Of a stretch of 64,000 nucleotides of DNA, positions 1 to 14,121 are shown in pieces. The translations under genes were made by a program, and so were the position numbers. The stretch lies in assembly GCA_903813345.2 (NCBI GenBank), contig CAIIXF020000001.1:9672001-9736000 (forward strand), written 5' to 3'. The notes beneath the pieces were generated by a model. The model worked only from the letters and a program-made list of their open reading frames with translations, was not told where the DNA came from and did no database searches. Position 1 is the first letter of the stretch; each line of letters starts with the position of its first letter. The stretch comes from Owenia fusiformis (lineage: Eukaryota).

Positions 1-499
1 TACTTTCACTAGGTGCGAAATCTCTCTATTGATACACAAGATTGTTTTATGGAGAGATGGGAAGTATCGTGTATGCTTCGACTTTTGTATGCGGATTTTT
101 ACAAAATAATATAAAACCCACGCTCAAGCCTGCACGTAATGAGTTATTATTCATTTCACCTCTCGTATCAACCTAGAAAGGATCATATCTGAGTTATACT
201 TGAAAGTCATAAATAACTCAAGATTCCAGACTTTTTATTTAAAAAGTGATTTTATATCTGATCATCAAATAATCTACTCCAGTTATATTCCCAGCTATGG
301 TCAATTGCCAAGCAATATTTCAAAATGTTTTTTCAATGAAACAAAACAGATACTCATGAAGTAGATTAGTATATTTCAAGTTAAAAAATAAATTGTGTTA
401 AATTATTCCTATTTCTGAGTAAAATTTCATGCTACAGTATTTTATTATTAAAATTATTCGATTACACCCCGTGATTCTTACCAAAATATTGAACAGTAA

Positions 500-1930
500 T
501 GTGGAAATTTCAAAAATTAGGAAAATGACCTTGATTTTGACCCTGACCTTTGACATTCAAAAATGTGAGTTTACTGACTTTTTTAAGTCTTAGATTGCTT
601 AAACTTATTTTAAAGTCAAAACAAAAGATTTTGAAAAGGTGACCTTTTTCAACTTTAAAAGCTCATCAAAGGTCTCAATTTCTATTTCAGATTCTGAATC
701 CAGAGCAAATTTCCTATCTAACTGAAACCTATCTTGGCAGATTTGGAACACTATAAAATGCATCCTTTTTTAAATTAGTAAGAATTTTCATTGTGACTTA
801 GAGTAAGGCAATCATTGAAAATACTAAGAAGAATTAAAAAATTTTAGGTCTTGTTTTATTGTTTTAACTTATTTTAAAGTTGATATAAAGATTTCAAAAT
901 TTGACTTTTTTTCTTAAAAGGTCATAGAAGGTCAACCAGAATTCAGATCTCAATTTAAAGTCCCCGTCTAAAGTTTGAAAATATTATTTTATCATTCATT
1001 TACTATTTGCCAGGACTTCAGAGTGATTTTAGAGATTTTTGAACAAAAATTTTTTTTTGAAAAAAAAGTTGTGAGCATTTCATTTCTCAAATATTCAAAT
1101 TGAAATTTCTTAATCATCAAATATTTCTTAATGCATTTCAAAAAAGATTATATTTTTAACACCAATGCAAAGATTGAACAAAAGACACACTATTTCAATA
1201 ATAAAATGTCATATTTAATGGGCCACTTCAATGTTTTAGCTTATCAAAAATATTTTGAAACATTAGTGATGTCACTAAGGTAACAAAAACTTTTTGAAAA
1301 AAATTGAATTTTTTTTTTCGATGTCAATCTTTTCTAATTATGCTAGACTTTCATAAAAAACCAATGTTGATTGTCTAACCAGGTTAAAAGGAAGAATAAA
1401 TTATGTTTTAGATATCATTGTACCATTGGTTTCTATGAGAACTAAAATTTTGAAATGCATTTTTCTCAGAACCATTTTCATGCACTGACAAGTTCATTTC
1501 TCGCTTGTTTATCAACCGATTTTCTTAATTTTTTCGGCAAAAAACATGGGAGGATGTATGCTATGCATTGGTATGAATTGTGGCTAATTAGAAGATATGA
1601 GTGACCTCTAAAAGTTGGTTTTAAATAAATTCACAAATTTTGGAACAAAAAGTCTATCAAAAAACACTTTTTGAAATTAAAAAAAAAAGTTTCACATATC
1701 ACACTTTGATAACATTGGGTAAGACTACAATATAAGCCAAAGTGGTTTAAACTTTACATGGGGCCTTTAAGAGAAATCAAAAAATGGATGGCACACTCTC
1801 AAAAGCTCTCTATCTGAGCTACACAATGAAAAAAAGATAATAGACAAATTGTAAATTTGACCTAGATTTTGACTACTGACCTAGATAAAAAAAATTGACC
1901 AAATTTCCCAGTAAGCCAGGCACATACCCT
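500..1930. repeat. Diverged repeat related to the TGACCT-rich Helentron-like families
   Basis: AAATTTGACCTAGATTTTGAC...GACCTAGATAAAAA at about 1853-1910 and other TGACCT/AGGTCA modules; termini not identified. Confidence 0.45.
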
Positions 1931-4584
1931 GACTGGCCATATAAATAGAATTCACAACGAAACCCTAATTAACTCATAAATAATTTGCGAACAAACTATA
2001 TCTCTATTCTTATTCAACAAGGTTTGATTCGAAAGCACATACTTAATGATCAATTAATAAAGTTAATCCATAAAAAATAATAACAGCAACGGGCGAAACA
2101 TGAATGTCATAAATGTCATATAAAGGTAACGGTGGCGCCAAGCTTACACGATTACACTACCACGGTCATGGCAAGCATTGCAATATAACGGAGCATTGTC
2201 GCGGTTATACCAGGCTTTCACGATAACACTACCACGGTCATGTCAGGAATCTTGCGCTACTAAAAAGACTGAATAACATGGTGACAGTTACGCCAGGCAT
2301 TAGTCTTGCAGTAGATAGGGTCTCTAGACAAGACTCAATGAACACTACAGTCTGTTAACTGTTAAAAATAACTAGAAATCGAAGATTGCAAGCAATCTTA
2401 AGGAGGCCCCGACCTTTTGACCTTTTGGAGTTCAGCAGGTCGAAGGTCACCGAAGGTCAACCAAAGGTCGGAGGTCAAAAGTAAGGACATATTTGAGTTC
2501 CTGAGATCTTGTAGATGATTTTTAAAAAAAAATCTGGTTTATTTGAAGCAAGTTGAAAAATGACCGATTTTTGCCGATTTTTGACGTCAAATATCTCAAA
2601 AACGGTAAAAAATTAACGCGTACATATAGTGAGCAATTTGTAGAGAATGCTTATATCTAGTTACATTTTAATTCATCGCAAGAAATAATGAAGTATGAGG
2701 ACGAAATCTGAGAAACTTAGAAAACACAGTTTGTGATCTTGTTTGATGACCTTGACCTTTGACCTTAAAAATTTTACTTTTTTAGACCTCAATATATCTT
2801 TTCTGATTGAATAAACTTTAATTTGAATCCAAGAAATCAATTTAAAAAATCAACTTTTTTTACCTTTCGAAGGTCACTGAAGGTCAAGTAAAGGTCAAAG
2901 GTCAAAACTAAGGTCAGATTTGAGTTCCTGAGATCTTGTAGATGCATTTTAAAAAAAAGTTTGGTCAATTTAGAGCAAGTTGAAATTTGACCTTGAAAAA
3001 TTTCGAAATTTGACCTTTTTTCAGTTTTTGAGTTCTAATATCTCAAAACTGGAGCAAAATTTTAATAAATTGTCAATTGCTAATATGTGTAGAACCTTAA
3101 GATGAATATATATTCTGACTTTCAGTAAAAAAAATTGATTTGTAGTCTCCAATTTTGAGAAACTTAGAAAACACAGTTTGTGATTTCGTTTGATGACCTT
3201 GACCTTTGACCTTGCAAATTTTACTTTTTTAGACCTCAGGAGGTCTCTTGTGAATAAATATACCTAAATTTGAATCCAGAAAATCGATTTGAAAAATCAA
3301 CTTTTTTGACCTTTCGGAGGTCACTGAAGGTCAACCAAAGGTCAAAGGTCAAAAGTAAGGTCAGATTTGGAATCCTGAGAATTTGTAGATGAGTTTTTAA
3401 AAAAAATTTGGTCAATTTGAAGCAAGTTGAAAAAAGACCTTTTTTGACCTTTTTTTGACCTTCAATATCTCAAAATCTAGGCAAAATTTCTCTAGACGGC
3501 AAAAGGTTAAGACTAATAGAATCCTAATATCTATCTGTATGCAAAAATTCAGCCAAAAATATTGAAGTGTAGTGTCAGGATTTGAGAAACTTAAAAAAAA
3601 CTTAGATTTGACCAAGATTTTGACCTTTGACCTTGACCTAGATAAAAATTCCTTTCCCGCCAAGTTCAGCCTAGGTCCCTAGTAGGGTTATGTAGTAGCT
3701 AGCTGAAAGCTAGTTGGAAGTAGGAGAAAAAGGTTTAGGAAGAATAAATAAAGAATAACTAGATGTATAAGATTGCAAGCAATCTTACGGAGGCCCCGTA
3801 GGCTTTTTGAACATTTAAAGGTCAGCCAAAGGTCAAATCTTAAATACAAGGTCATATATGAACTCCAGGCATCCTGTAGATGATTTTTAAAAAAAAGTTT
3901 GGTCAATTTGAAGCAATTGGTGCAGAATTTTAATAGATAATCAATTGTTAATACGTGTAAAACCTTTAGAGGAATATATATCCTGACTTTAATTCAAAAA
4001 TATTGATTTGTAGTCACAAACTTTGAGAAACTTAGAAAACACAGTTTGTGATCTTGTTTGATGACCTTGACCTTTGACCTTGAAAATTTTACTGTTTTAG
4101 ACCTCAGTATATCTTTTCTGATTGAATAAATCTAGATTTGAATCCAGAAAATCAATTTGAAAAATCAACTTTTTTGACCTTACAAAAGGTCACTGAAGGT
4201 CAACTAAAGGTCATAGGTCAAAACTAAGGTCAGATTTGAGTTCCTGAAATCTTGTAGATGCTTTTTAAAAAAAAGTTTGGTCAATTTAGAGCAAGTTGAA
4301 ATTTATCCTTGAAAAATTCCGAAATTTGACCTTTTTTCAGTTTTTGAGTTCTAATATCTCACAACTGGAGCAAAATTTTAATAAATAGTCAATTGCTAAT
4401 ATGTGTAGAACCTTTAGAGGAATATATATTCTGACTTTCAGTAAAAAAAATTGATTTGTAGTCTCCAATTTTGAGAAACTTAGAAAACACAGTTTGTGAT
4501 TTTGTTTGATGACCTTGACCTTTGACCTTGCAAATTTTACTTTTTTACACCTCAGAAGGTCTTTTGTAAATAAATGTACCTAAA

Positions 4585-6862
4585 GGGGACATGCCATTAA
4601 GAGGCCATTCTCGGACTTAGTCATTTTTTCAAAAGTGTGAAAATAAAAAACCTCATGAAAAGTTCTTAAAATATCCTGAATAACAAGTTGAATATATATA
4701 TTTAATGATGGCACAAGCAAAAGTCTGAAAATTAACATGAAATGAGGGGTTTTGACTGATGCAAAAAATGGTAGATTTGTGATGAAGAAATAGAAGTTTT
4801 TGCAGTAACAACACAATTACCTCGAAGTTATCAGTTATGAGAGGCTGAGGACTAAACTTGACATAATACTCAATCTCAGATTATCAGTAGTATCATGGGC
4901 TTTCAATCTAGTTGAAAGCCCATGGTAGTATCTAACTTAAGCCGGACAGCCACTCAAAATGTATATGGAGCCCATAAGATACATTTTTCTCAATTGAAAT
5001 CACTATTTCTGTTTTTAGCTTCAGAGGATAGGAAGTACATGAACATGCTAAGTTTACCTAGATCACAAGCCTTACCACAAATATAAAGTATATAGGAATA
5101 GAGTTGATATGTGTGAGAACCTTGAACTTCCCATTTTATTGGGGATGGGACTTGTGATTCATGTGTATTTCGAACTTCTTCACATGTGCATGGATCTAAA
5201 ATTGTGGCAGCCATCTTGGATTTGTCATATATGTGGACATGGTTTTGGTTGTGCTGAATTTGTTTCAAAATAACATTTCTTGTATACATACGATAAGTGA
5301 GATAGGCATTTGAAATTAAATACAGATAGCATACTTGACATTTAATGCAGTAAACAGTATACAATAATTCATTCTTACATAATAAGTGAGTCCAGACAAA
5401 AAGTTGTTATTGTGTTAGTTTAACTGGGCATAAATTACACTCATTGGGCTTGGTTTTCTTAATTGGCTTGGATAAAATGTTGTTCTATTTATTCAGAAAA
5501 GGAGTATAGTTCAATATACAAGTTCACATTCATTCCATCCTCTTGTAGAAATGAATCTCATATTACTTCATCTCGAATATGGAACACAAAAATATAATAA
5601 AAAAACAAGTTTCTATTAATTGTAAAAGTTAGCTTCCATGTCATGACTGAGTTTGGGTTCCGCTTCTAGAGAAAAAAGATATTCCCTCTAGAAATATCGT
5701 ATTGACCATTGCTATACACTCCATATTTAATCCTCCCTGTAAATAACATTGATATACAGTATAAATATGACACCGAGGATCTGGAGTTTGGGTAATGTGA
5801 GACATGAGTTGCTACTTTTGAATCTCATATTCAATATTCTTTCTTTAAAACCTCATATTTAATATTTTTGGAGTGGTAATTCAATTATTTACCTATTTGT
5901 TATTCTTCATCCCATAGTTTGGCTCTGTTCCGCTATGTTAGGTAACATGAAAACATATTTATGATATTTTGCAAATGCGTGGAAAAAGTGATATCTGTGG
6001 AATACGGCAAATATTTCACAGATATCACCTTTGCCAGGGATTTGAAAACTACCACCAATATGATGTGTTTTGTTACATAGTGATTTCATGACATTACGGG
6101 GATGAATGAATAAATAGATGTTGTTTTGATATGTTTTGTTTAGTTTTATAGGTGAACTATGGGATAAATAGAACATCCTATGATTGTTCGTGATATCGTG
6201 TTAATCCACTCATTGATATCAATATCTGCGCTAATTGGCTATACTAACTTGGCAAGATTGATATCAACTCGGAGATAAAGATAAAATCATTTAAAATCAT
6301 ATGATATCCTATACATATCCTTTACTGTGCCACAACTTTCTCATATGTTATATTTGGCACAGGCCATCATTAATTTTCCTTGAATTCATGCTTTTGTTCC
6401 TCGTTTTAGAAATGAGAGGAAATCTTTGATTTTCCTTGTATTTGAGTTGCTTAAATGTTGCCCTGTTATGTGATAAAAGTCAATAGTATCCACTACAGTC
6501 ACAGTTGAAATGTACCCATTGCTAGCCCAGAACCTACCAAAATAGCATTTGCATTTTGCCAATATTGCCCTATGTGCTTTTCCATGAAAATAGTTTTAAT
6601 CGTATCTTTTCTTCAGTATTTCATATATTGCATTTTAATATATTAAATTGGTTTATATTTATATATCATTTACTTAGACTGCAATAAATAAAGATTTTTT
6701 TGTAAAAACTCCAAAAATGGTATATGATCTTTAAATGACATCAAAGCTCAAAATTCGCTGAAATTGTAATTTTATAAAGCACAAATGATTTTTCTTCAAT
6801 ATGATATGCATTATTATCAGATATCTTTGGGGGCTAAAAAGGGCCCTTATTGACACCCGTCC
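4585..6862. mobile_element. Spy-type DNA transposon derivative (inserted at AAA|TTT, no TSD)
   Basis: The host monomer CCTAAATTTGAATCC (intact at about 3263) is split exactly as CCTAAA|GGGGACATGCCATTAAGAGGCC...GGGCCCTTATTGACACCCGTCC|TTTGAATCC. Ends are imperfect TIRs; no intact ORF. Confidence 0.75.
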
Positions 6863-7345
6863 TTTGAATCCAGAAAATCGATTTGAAAAATCAACTTTTT
6901 TGACCTTTCGGAGGTCACTGAAGGTCAACGAAAGGTCAAAGGTCAAAAGTAAGGTCAGATTTAGAATCCTGAGAACTTGTAGATGAGTTTTAAAAAAAAA
7001 TTTGGTCAATTTGAAGCAAGTTGAAAAAAGACCTTTTTTGACCTTTTTTTGACCTTCAATATCTCAAAATCTAGGCAAAATTTCTCTAGACGGCAAAAGG
7101 CTAAGACTAATAGAAGACTAATATCTATCTGTACGCAAAAATTCAGCCAAAAATATTGAAGTGTAGTGTCAGGATTTGAGAAACTTGAAAAAAACTTACA
7201 TTTGACCTAGATTTTGACCTTTGACCTTGACCTAGATAAAAATTCCTTTCACGCCAAGTTTAGCCAAGGTCCCTAGTAGGTGCATATAGTACATAGTTGA
7301 AAGGTAGTTGGAAGTAGGAGAAAAAGGTTTAGGAAGAATAAATAA

Positions 7346-8815
7346 CTAGATTTTGGAAATTGAACGAAGTTCAATTTCAGACTCCAGATCTAGACTTTTT
7401 TTAGCCGAGTCATCCAGAATAAGCCGAGTCATCCAGAATAAGCTGAGTCATCTAGAAAGAGATGGATAAATAAAATAGGAAGGTAGGATAGGATAGAATA
7501 GGAAAGAACGATAGGATAGAATAACAAAGAAGGATAGGATAGAATAGAACAGGAAGAAAGGATAGGATAGGATAGGAAGGAAAAGATATGAGGGAAGGAT
7601 AGATAGGAAGGATAGGGTAGGATGAGAAAGGAAGGATGGATGAATTTTTCAATATTTTCTTCTCTACTCTTGACTTTCTATCAGGATACCATCAGATCGA
7701 TTTTTCTCGAAATTTCAAAACGCTATCACTTCCGAACCGGAAGTCGGATCGAAATTTGGTTTGCAGATTCGGATTCCTGACAAAATTCTACCCCTAATTC
7801 ATAACTCATACGTTAAATATGGAGATTTTTTATTTTGACCTACTTTTCGGACACGCCATAACTTCCGCACCGGAAGTCGGATCGAAATTTGGTTTGCAGA
7901 TTCGGATTCCTGAGAAAATTCTATACTTAATTCATAACTCAAACGTCAAATTTGGAGAACTTTTTATTTTGACCTACTTTTCGGACACCATATCTCAAAA
8001 GTGGGTCAAAATACTTTCTGACGGCAAAAGGCTAACACTATTAGCATATTCTTGGCTACATGTATACACAATTTCGAAGAATATAATTAAAGTGTAGTGT
8101 CAGAATCGAAAAAATAAGGAAAACCTATGAATTTGACCTAGATTTTGACCTAGGCATTTCGGTGTCCAAATTGTGAAGCAAGTAGGCTTTTAAGGTCCCC
8201 TTCTTTTAAAGGCTTTGATTATATGAAGCTGAACTCAGTCTATATTCCGTATTTTTCACTTCAAAAAAATATTTTTTCCCATTGACTTAACATGGGCACC
8301 AAATTTAGCGATTTTTGAGTTTTCAAAACGCCATAACTTCCGGACCGGAAGTCAGATCTAAATTTCGTTTTCAGATTCGGAATCCTGAGAAAATTTCCTA
8401 TAAGAGTAATATCCTGGACATTTGATTCGGAGAACTTTTTTTTGGACCTCGTTTTCGGACACTGATATCTCGAAATCGGTTTGAGATATCAAAAAACTAA
8501 ATCGACCCTGGGTTTCCTACTTTTTTATAAGGAACACAATGAAAAAAACCCGGATAGAAAATATTGAAGGACGACCGAGAAAATCGAAAAAAGTGACAAA
8601 GTACTGGATTTGACCTAGTTCTTGACCTTTGACCTAGATAAAAATTTGACCCAATTTCCGAGGAACTAGATTCTGGACCTAAATTGACCAAATGACTGAC
8701 TTTACTAAAAACCTTATGGTTATTGAGAAAACTGGTTTAGAATAATAATAATAAGAAGAATAAGAATAAGAAAACTGGCGAAAACAATAGACTCCAGATT
8801 TCATCTGGAGTCTAA
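7346..8815 (-). mobile_element. Helentron/DINE-1-like element, family B copy 1
   Basis: CTAG, hairpin GAAATTGAAC-GAA-GTTCAATTTC, subterminal AGACTCCAGA; 5' hairpin AGACTCCAGAT-TTC-ATCTGGAGTCT then (TAA)n. Contains a GGATA-type tract and repeats with ACTTCCG/CCGGAAGT. Confidence 0.82.
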
Positions 8816-8830
8816 TAATAATAATAATAA

Positions 8831-10820
8831 CTAGACTTTGGAAATTGAACGAAGTTCAATTTCAGACTCCAGATCTAGACTTTTTTTAAGCCCAGTCATC
8901 TAAAATAAGCCGAGTCATCCAGAATAAGCTGAGTCATTCAGAATAAGATGGATGGATAAAATAGGAAGGTAGGATAGGATAGAATGGGAAGGAACGATAG
9001 GATAGAATAAGAAAGAAGAATAGGATAGAACAGAATAGGAAGAAAGGATATGATAGGAGAGGATAGGAGAGGATAGGAAGGAAAGGATACGAAGGAAGGA
9101 TAGATAGGAAGAATAGGATAGGATCAGATAGGAAGGATGGATGAATTTTTCAATGTTTTCTTCTCTACTCTTGACTTTCTATCAGGATACCATCAGATCG
9201 ATTTTTCCGAAATTTCAAAACGCCATAACTTCCGAATCGGAAGTCGGATCTAAATTTGATTTAAAGTTTCGGATTCCTGACAAAATTCTACCCCTTATTC
9301 ATAACTCATACGTCAAATTTGGAAACTTTTTATTTTGACCTAGTTTTTGGACACGCCATAACTTCCGAACCGGAAGTCGGATCGAAATTTTAATTGCAGA
9401 TTCGGATTCCTGACAAAATTCTACACCTAATTCATAACTCATCCGTTAAATTTGGAGATTTTTCTTATTTTGACCTACTTTTCGGACACCATATCTCAAA
9501 AGTGGGTCAAAATACTTTCTGACGGCAAAAGGCTAACACTATTAGCACACTATTGGCTACATGTATACACAATTTCGAAGAATATAATTGAAGTGTAGTG
9601 TCAGAAACGCAAAAATAAGGAAAACCTTTGAATTTGACCTAGATTTTGACCTAGGCATTTTGGTGTCCAAATTTTGAAACTAACTGGCTTTTGAGGTCCC
9701 CTTCTTTTGAAGGCTTTCATTAAATTAAGCTGAACTCAGTCTATATTTCGTATTTCTCACTTCAAAAAAATCTTTTTTTCCCATTGATTTAACATAGGCA
9801 CCAAATTTAGGGATTTTTGAGCTTTTAAAACGCCATAACTTCCGAACCGGAAGTCGGATCAAAATTTGTTTTGCAGATTCGGATTCCTGAAAAAATTCTA
9901 CCCCTATTTGATAACTCATACCTTGAATTTGGAGAACTTTTTATTTTGACATACTTTCTGGACGCCATTTTTCAAAATCGGTAAGAGTAATCAAAAAACG
10001 GATGGACACATATGAAAGGGCTGTTTCTAAGCTACATGATGAAAAAAGATGAAGACGTTTCGATAAATAACAACGAAGATAATAGACAGAAGGTTGAAAA
10101 TGTAAGATTTGACCCAGTTCTAGGATAAGATAGGATATAGAATAGGAAGGAAGGATAGGATAGGAAGGAAGGGATAGGAAGGAAGGATAGGATAGGAAGG
10201 AAGGGATAGGAAGGAAGGATAGATAGGAAGGATATGATCAGACAGGATAGGAAGGAAGGATGGATGATTTTTTCTATATTTTCTTCGCTACTCTTCACTT
10301 TCTATAAGGATATCATCAGATCGATTTTTCTTGAAATTTCAAAACGCCATAACTTTCGAATCGGAAGTCGAATCGAAATTTTGTTTGCAGATTCGGATTC
10401 CTGAGTAAATTCTACCCTTAATTCATAACTCAGATGTTAAATTTGGAGAACTTTTCATTTTGACCTACTTTCTGGACGCCATATTTCAAAATCGGTAAGC
10501 GTAATCAAAAATCTAATGTCATATCTTTGCTTTGGCTTTTTTTAAGCTACATGATGAAAAAAAGATTTAGGAGTTACGATAAACAACGAAGAAGATAAAT
10601 GACAGAATGTTGAAAATGTAAGATTTGACCTAGTTCTTGACCTTTGACCTAGATAAAAATTTGACCCAATTTCCGAGGAACTAGATACTGGACATAAATT
10701 GACTGACTAATGATCTTTATTGGAAGCCTTATGGTTATGGAGAAAACTGGGAAAGAATAATAAAGAATAATAAGAATACTGACGAAAACAATAGACTCCA
10801 GATTTACATCTGGAGTCTAA
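8831..10820 (-). mobile_element. Helentron/DINE-1-like element, family B copy 2
   Basis: Same termini as copy 1 and directly adjacent across a (TAA)n tract; two GGATA tracts (about 8945-9143 and 10123-10266). Confidence 0.82.
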
Positions 10821-10884
10821 TAATAATAAGAATATCTATAAAATTAATAGGAGGCCCCCCGTTGGGGCCTCCTAATAATAATAA

Positions 10885-13800
10885 CTAGACTTTTGAAGAT
10901 TGCAAGCAATCTCACGGAGGCCCTCTTAGGCATTTTTGACAATTTGAAGGTCAACTAAAGGACAAATATCAAATCTGAGGTCAGATGTGAACTCCTGAGA
11001 ACTTTTAGATGACTTTCAAAAAAAGATTTTGTCAATTTGAAGCGAGTTTAAATTTGACCTTGAAAAATTTCGAAATTGACCTTTTTCAACTTTTGAACTC
11101 TTATATCTCAAACTGGGACAAAATTCTATTAGATAGTCAATTGCTAATATGTGTACAACCCTTAGAGGAATGTGTATATTTCGACTCCGGATTAAAAATA
11201 TTGGTTTGTAGTCGAACTTTGCGTAACTTAGATAGCACAGTTTGTGACCTAATTTCATGATTTTGACCTTTGACTTTGAAACGTTTTACATTTTTAGACC
11301 TCAGTAGGACTTTTGTAATTAAGCTCACCTAAATTTGAATCCAAAGACTCAATTTGAAAAATCAACTTTTGTTACCTTTCGAAGGTTATCGAAGGTCAAT
11401 TAAAGTTCAAAGGTCAAATCTGAGGTCAGATTTGGACTCCTGGGAACTTGTAGATGAGTTATAAAAAAAGATTTGGTCAGATTGAAGCAAGTTGAAAAAT
11501 GACCTTTTTTGACCGTTTTTTTACGTCAAATATCTCAAAAACGGTAAAAATTTAATGCTGACATATAGTGAACAATTTGTAGAGAATACTAAAATGTAGT
11601 TTCAGTTTAATTCATCGCAAGAAATAATGAAGTATAAGGACAAAGTTGAGAAACTTGAAAAAAATTTAGATTTGACCTAGATTTTGACCTTTGACCTAAT
11701 TTGATAACCGTGACCATTGACCTTGAAAATGTTACTGTTTTAGAGCTCAGTAGGTATTTTATGATTAGGCTAACCCTAAATACTGAAATATGAATCCAAA
11801 CACTCAATTTGAAAAATCAACTTTTCTGACCTTTCGAAGGTCACTGAAGGTCAACTAAAGGTCAAATGTCAAATCTGAGGTTAAATATGAACTCCTGAAA
11901 AGTTGTAGATGATTTTTAAAAAAAAGTTTGGTGAATTTGAAGCAAGTTAAAATTTGACCTTATAAACTTTGAAAAATTGACCTTTTTCAGTTTTTGAGCT
12001 CTTATATCTCAAAACTGGGAAAAAAATTTAATAAATAGTCAATGACTAATATGTGTAGAACCCTTAGAGAAATGTATATCTTGACTTTCAATTAAAAATA
12101 TTGATTTGTAGTTTTGAACTATGAGAAACTTAGATAGCACAGTTTGTGACCTAATTTAATGACATTGACCTTTGACCTTGAAATTTTTACTTTTTTAGAC
12201 CTCAGTAGGCTTTTTGTAATTAGACTGACCTAAATTTGAATCCAAAAACTCAATTTGAAAAATCAACTTTTCTGACCTTTCGAAGGTCACTGAAGGTCAA
12301 CGAAAGGTCAAAGGTCAAATTTGAAGTCAGATTTGGACTCCTGGGAACTAGTAGATGATTTTTAAAAAACAATTTGGTCAGATTGAAGCAAGTTGAAAAA
12401 TGACCTTTTTTGACCGTTTTTTGACGTCAAATATCTCAAAAACTGTAAAAATTTAATGCTGACATATAGTGAACAATTTGTAGAGAATACTTAAATGTAG
12501 TTTCAGTTTAATTCATCGCAAGAAATAATGAAGTATAATGACAAACTTGAGAAACTTGAAAAAAATACAGATTTGACCTAGATTTTGACCTTTGACCTAA
12601 TTTGATAACCGTGACCCTTGACTTTGAATATTTTACTGATTTAGAGCTCAGTGGGTCTTTTATGATTAGGCTTATCTTAAATTTGAAACCAAAAACTCAA
12701 TTTGAAAAATCAACTTTTCTGACCTTTCGAAGGTCACTGAAGGTCCACTAAAGGTCAAATGTCAAATCTGAGGTTAAATATGAACTCCTGAGAAGTTGTA
12801 GATGATTTTAAAAAAAAAGTTGTGTGAATTTGAAGCAAGTTAAAATTTGACCTTATAAACTTTGAAAAATTGACCTTTTTCAGTTTTTGAGCTCTTATAT
12901 CTCAAAACTGGGACAAAATTTTAATAAATGGTCAATGACTAATATGTGTAGAACCCTTAGAGAAATGTATATCTTAACTTTCAATAAAAAATATTGATTT
13001 GTAGTCTTGAACTATGAGAAACTTAGATAGCACAGTTTGTGATCTAATTTGATGACCTTGACCTTTGACCTTGAAATTTTTACTTTTTTAGACCTCAGTA
13101 GGCTTTTTGTAATTAGACTGACCTAAATTTGAATCCGAAGACTCAATTTGAAAAATCAACTTTTCTGACCTTTCGAAGGTCACTGAAGGTCAACTAAAGG
13201 TCAAATGTCAAATCTGAGGTTAAATATGAACTCCTGAAAAGTTGTATATGATTTTTAAAAAAAAGTTTGGTGAATTTGAAGCAAGTTTAAATTTGACCTT
13301 ATAAACTTTGAAAAATTGACCTTTTTCAGTTTTTGAGCTCTTATATCTCAAAAGTGGGAAAAAAATTTAATAAATAGTCAATGACTAATATGTGTAGAAC
13401 CCTTAGAGAAATGTATATCTTGACTTTCAATTAAAAATATTGATTTGTAGTTTTGAACTATGAGAAACTTAGATAGCACAGTTTGTGACCTAATTTGATG
13501 ACTCTGACCTTTGACCTTGAAATTTTTACTTTTTTAGACCTCAGTAGGCTTTTTGTAATTAGACTGACCTAAATTTGAATCCGAAGACTCAATTTGAAAA
13601 ATCAACTTTTCTGACCTTTCGAAGGTCACTGAAGGTCAAGTAAAGGTCAAAGGTCAAATCTGAGGTCAGATTTGGACTCCTGGGAACTTGTAGATGATTT
13701 TTAAAAAAAAAATTGGTCAGATTGAAGCAAGTTGAAAAATGACCTTTTTTGACCGTTTTTTGACGTCAAATATCTCAAAAACGGTAAAAATTTAATGCTG

Positions 13801-14121
13801 ACATATAGTGAACAATTTGTAGAGAATACTTAAATGTAGTTTCAGTTTAATTCATCGCAAGAAATAATGAAGTATAATGACAAACTTGAGAAACTTGAAA
13901 AAAAACTTAGATTTGACCTAGATTTTGACCTTTGACCTTGACCTAGATAAAAAATATTTTCCCCCCTATTCCAGCCCAGGTGTCTAGTAGGAGCATATAG
14001 TAAGTAGTTGAAAGCTAGTTGGAAGTAGGAGAAAAATGCTTTGGAAGAATAATAAATAAAGAATAAAGAATAAAGAAAAGCTACAAAAGCTATAGGAGGC
14101 CCTTTCAGGAGGGCCTCCTAA
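10885..14121 (-). mobile_element. Helentron/DINE-1-like element, family A-related copy 3 with about 7 tandem monomers
   Basis: CTAG plus GATTGCAAGCAATC hairpin and GGAGGCCCTC; 5' hairpin AGGAGGCCCT-ttcagg-AGGGCCTCCT at 14095-14119. The monomer anchor GAAGGT recurs at 11381, 11836, 12282, 12729, 13175 and 13621. Confidence 0.82.

Larger units (their letters stand above)
3759..10876 (-). mobile_element. Helentron/DINE-1-like element, family A copy 2 (nested in copy 1)
   Basis: CTAG plus AAGATTGCAAGCAATCTT hairpin and GGAGGCCCC at 3759-3797. Matching 5' hairpin AGGAGGCCCCCCGTTGGGGCCTCCT at 10849-10873. Interrupted by the Spy-type element and two family B copies. Confidence 0.8.
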
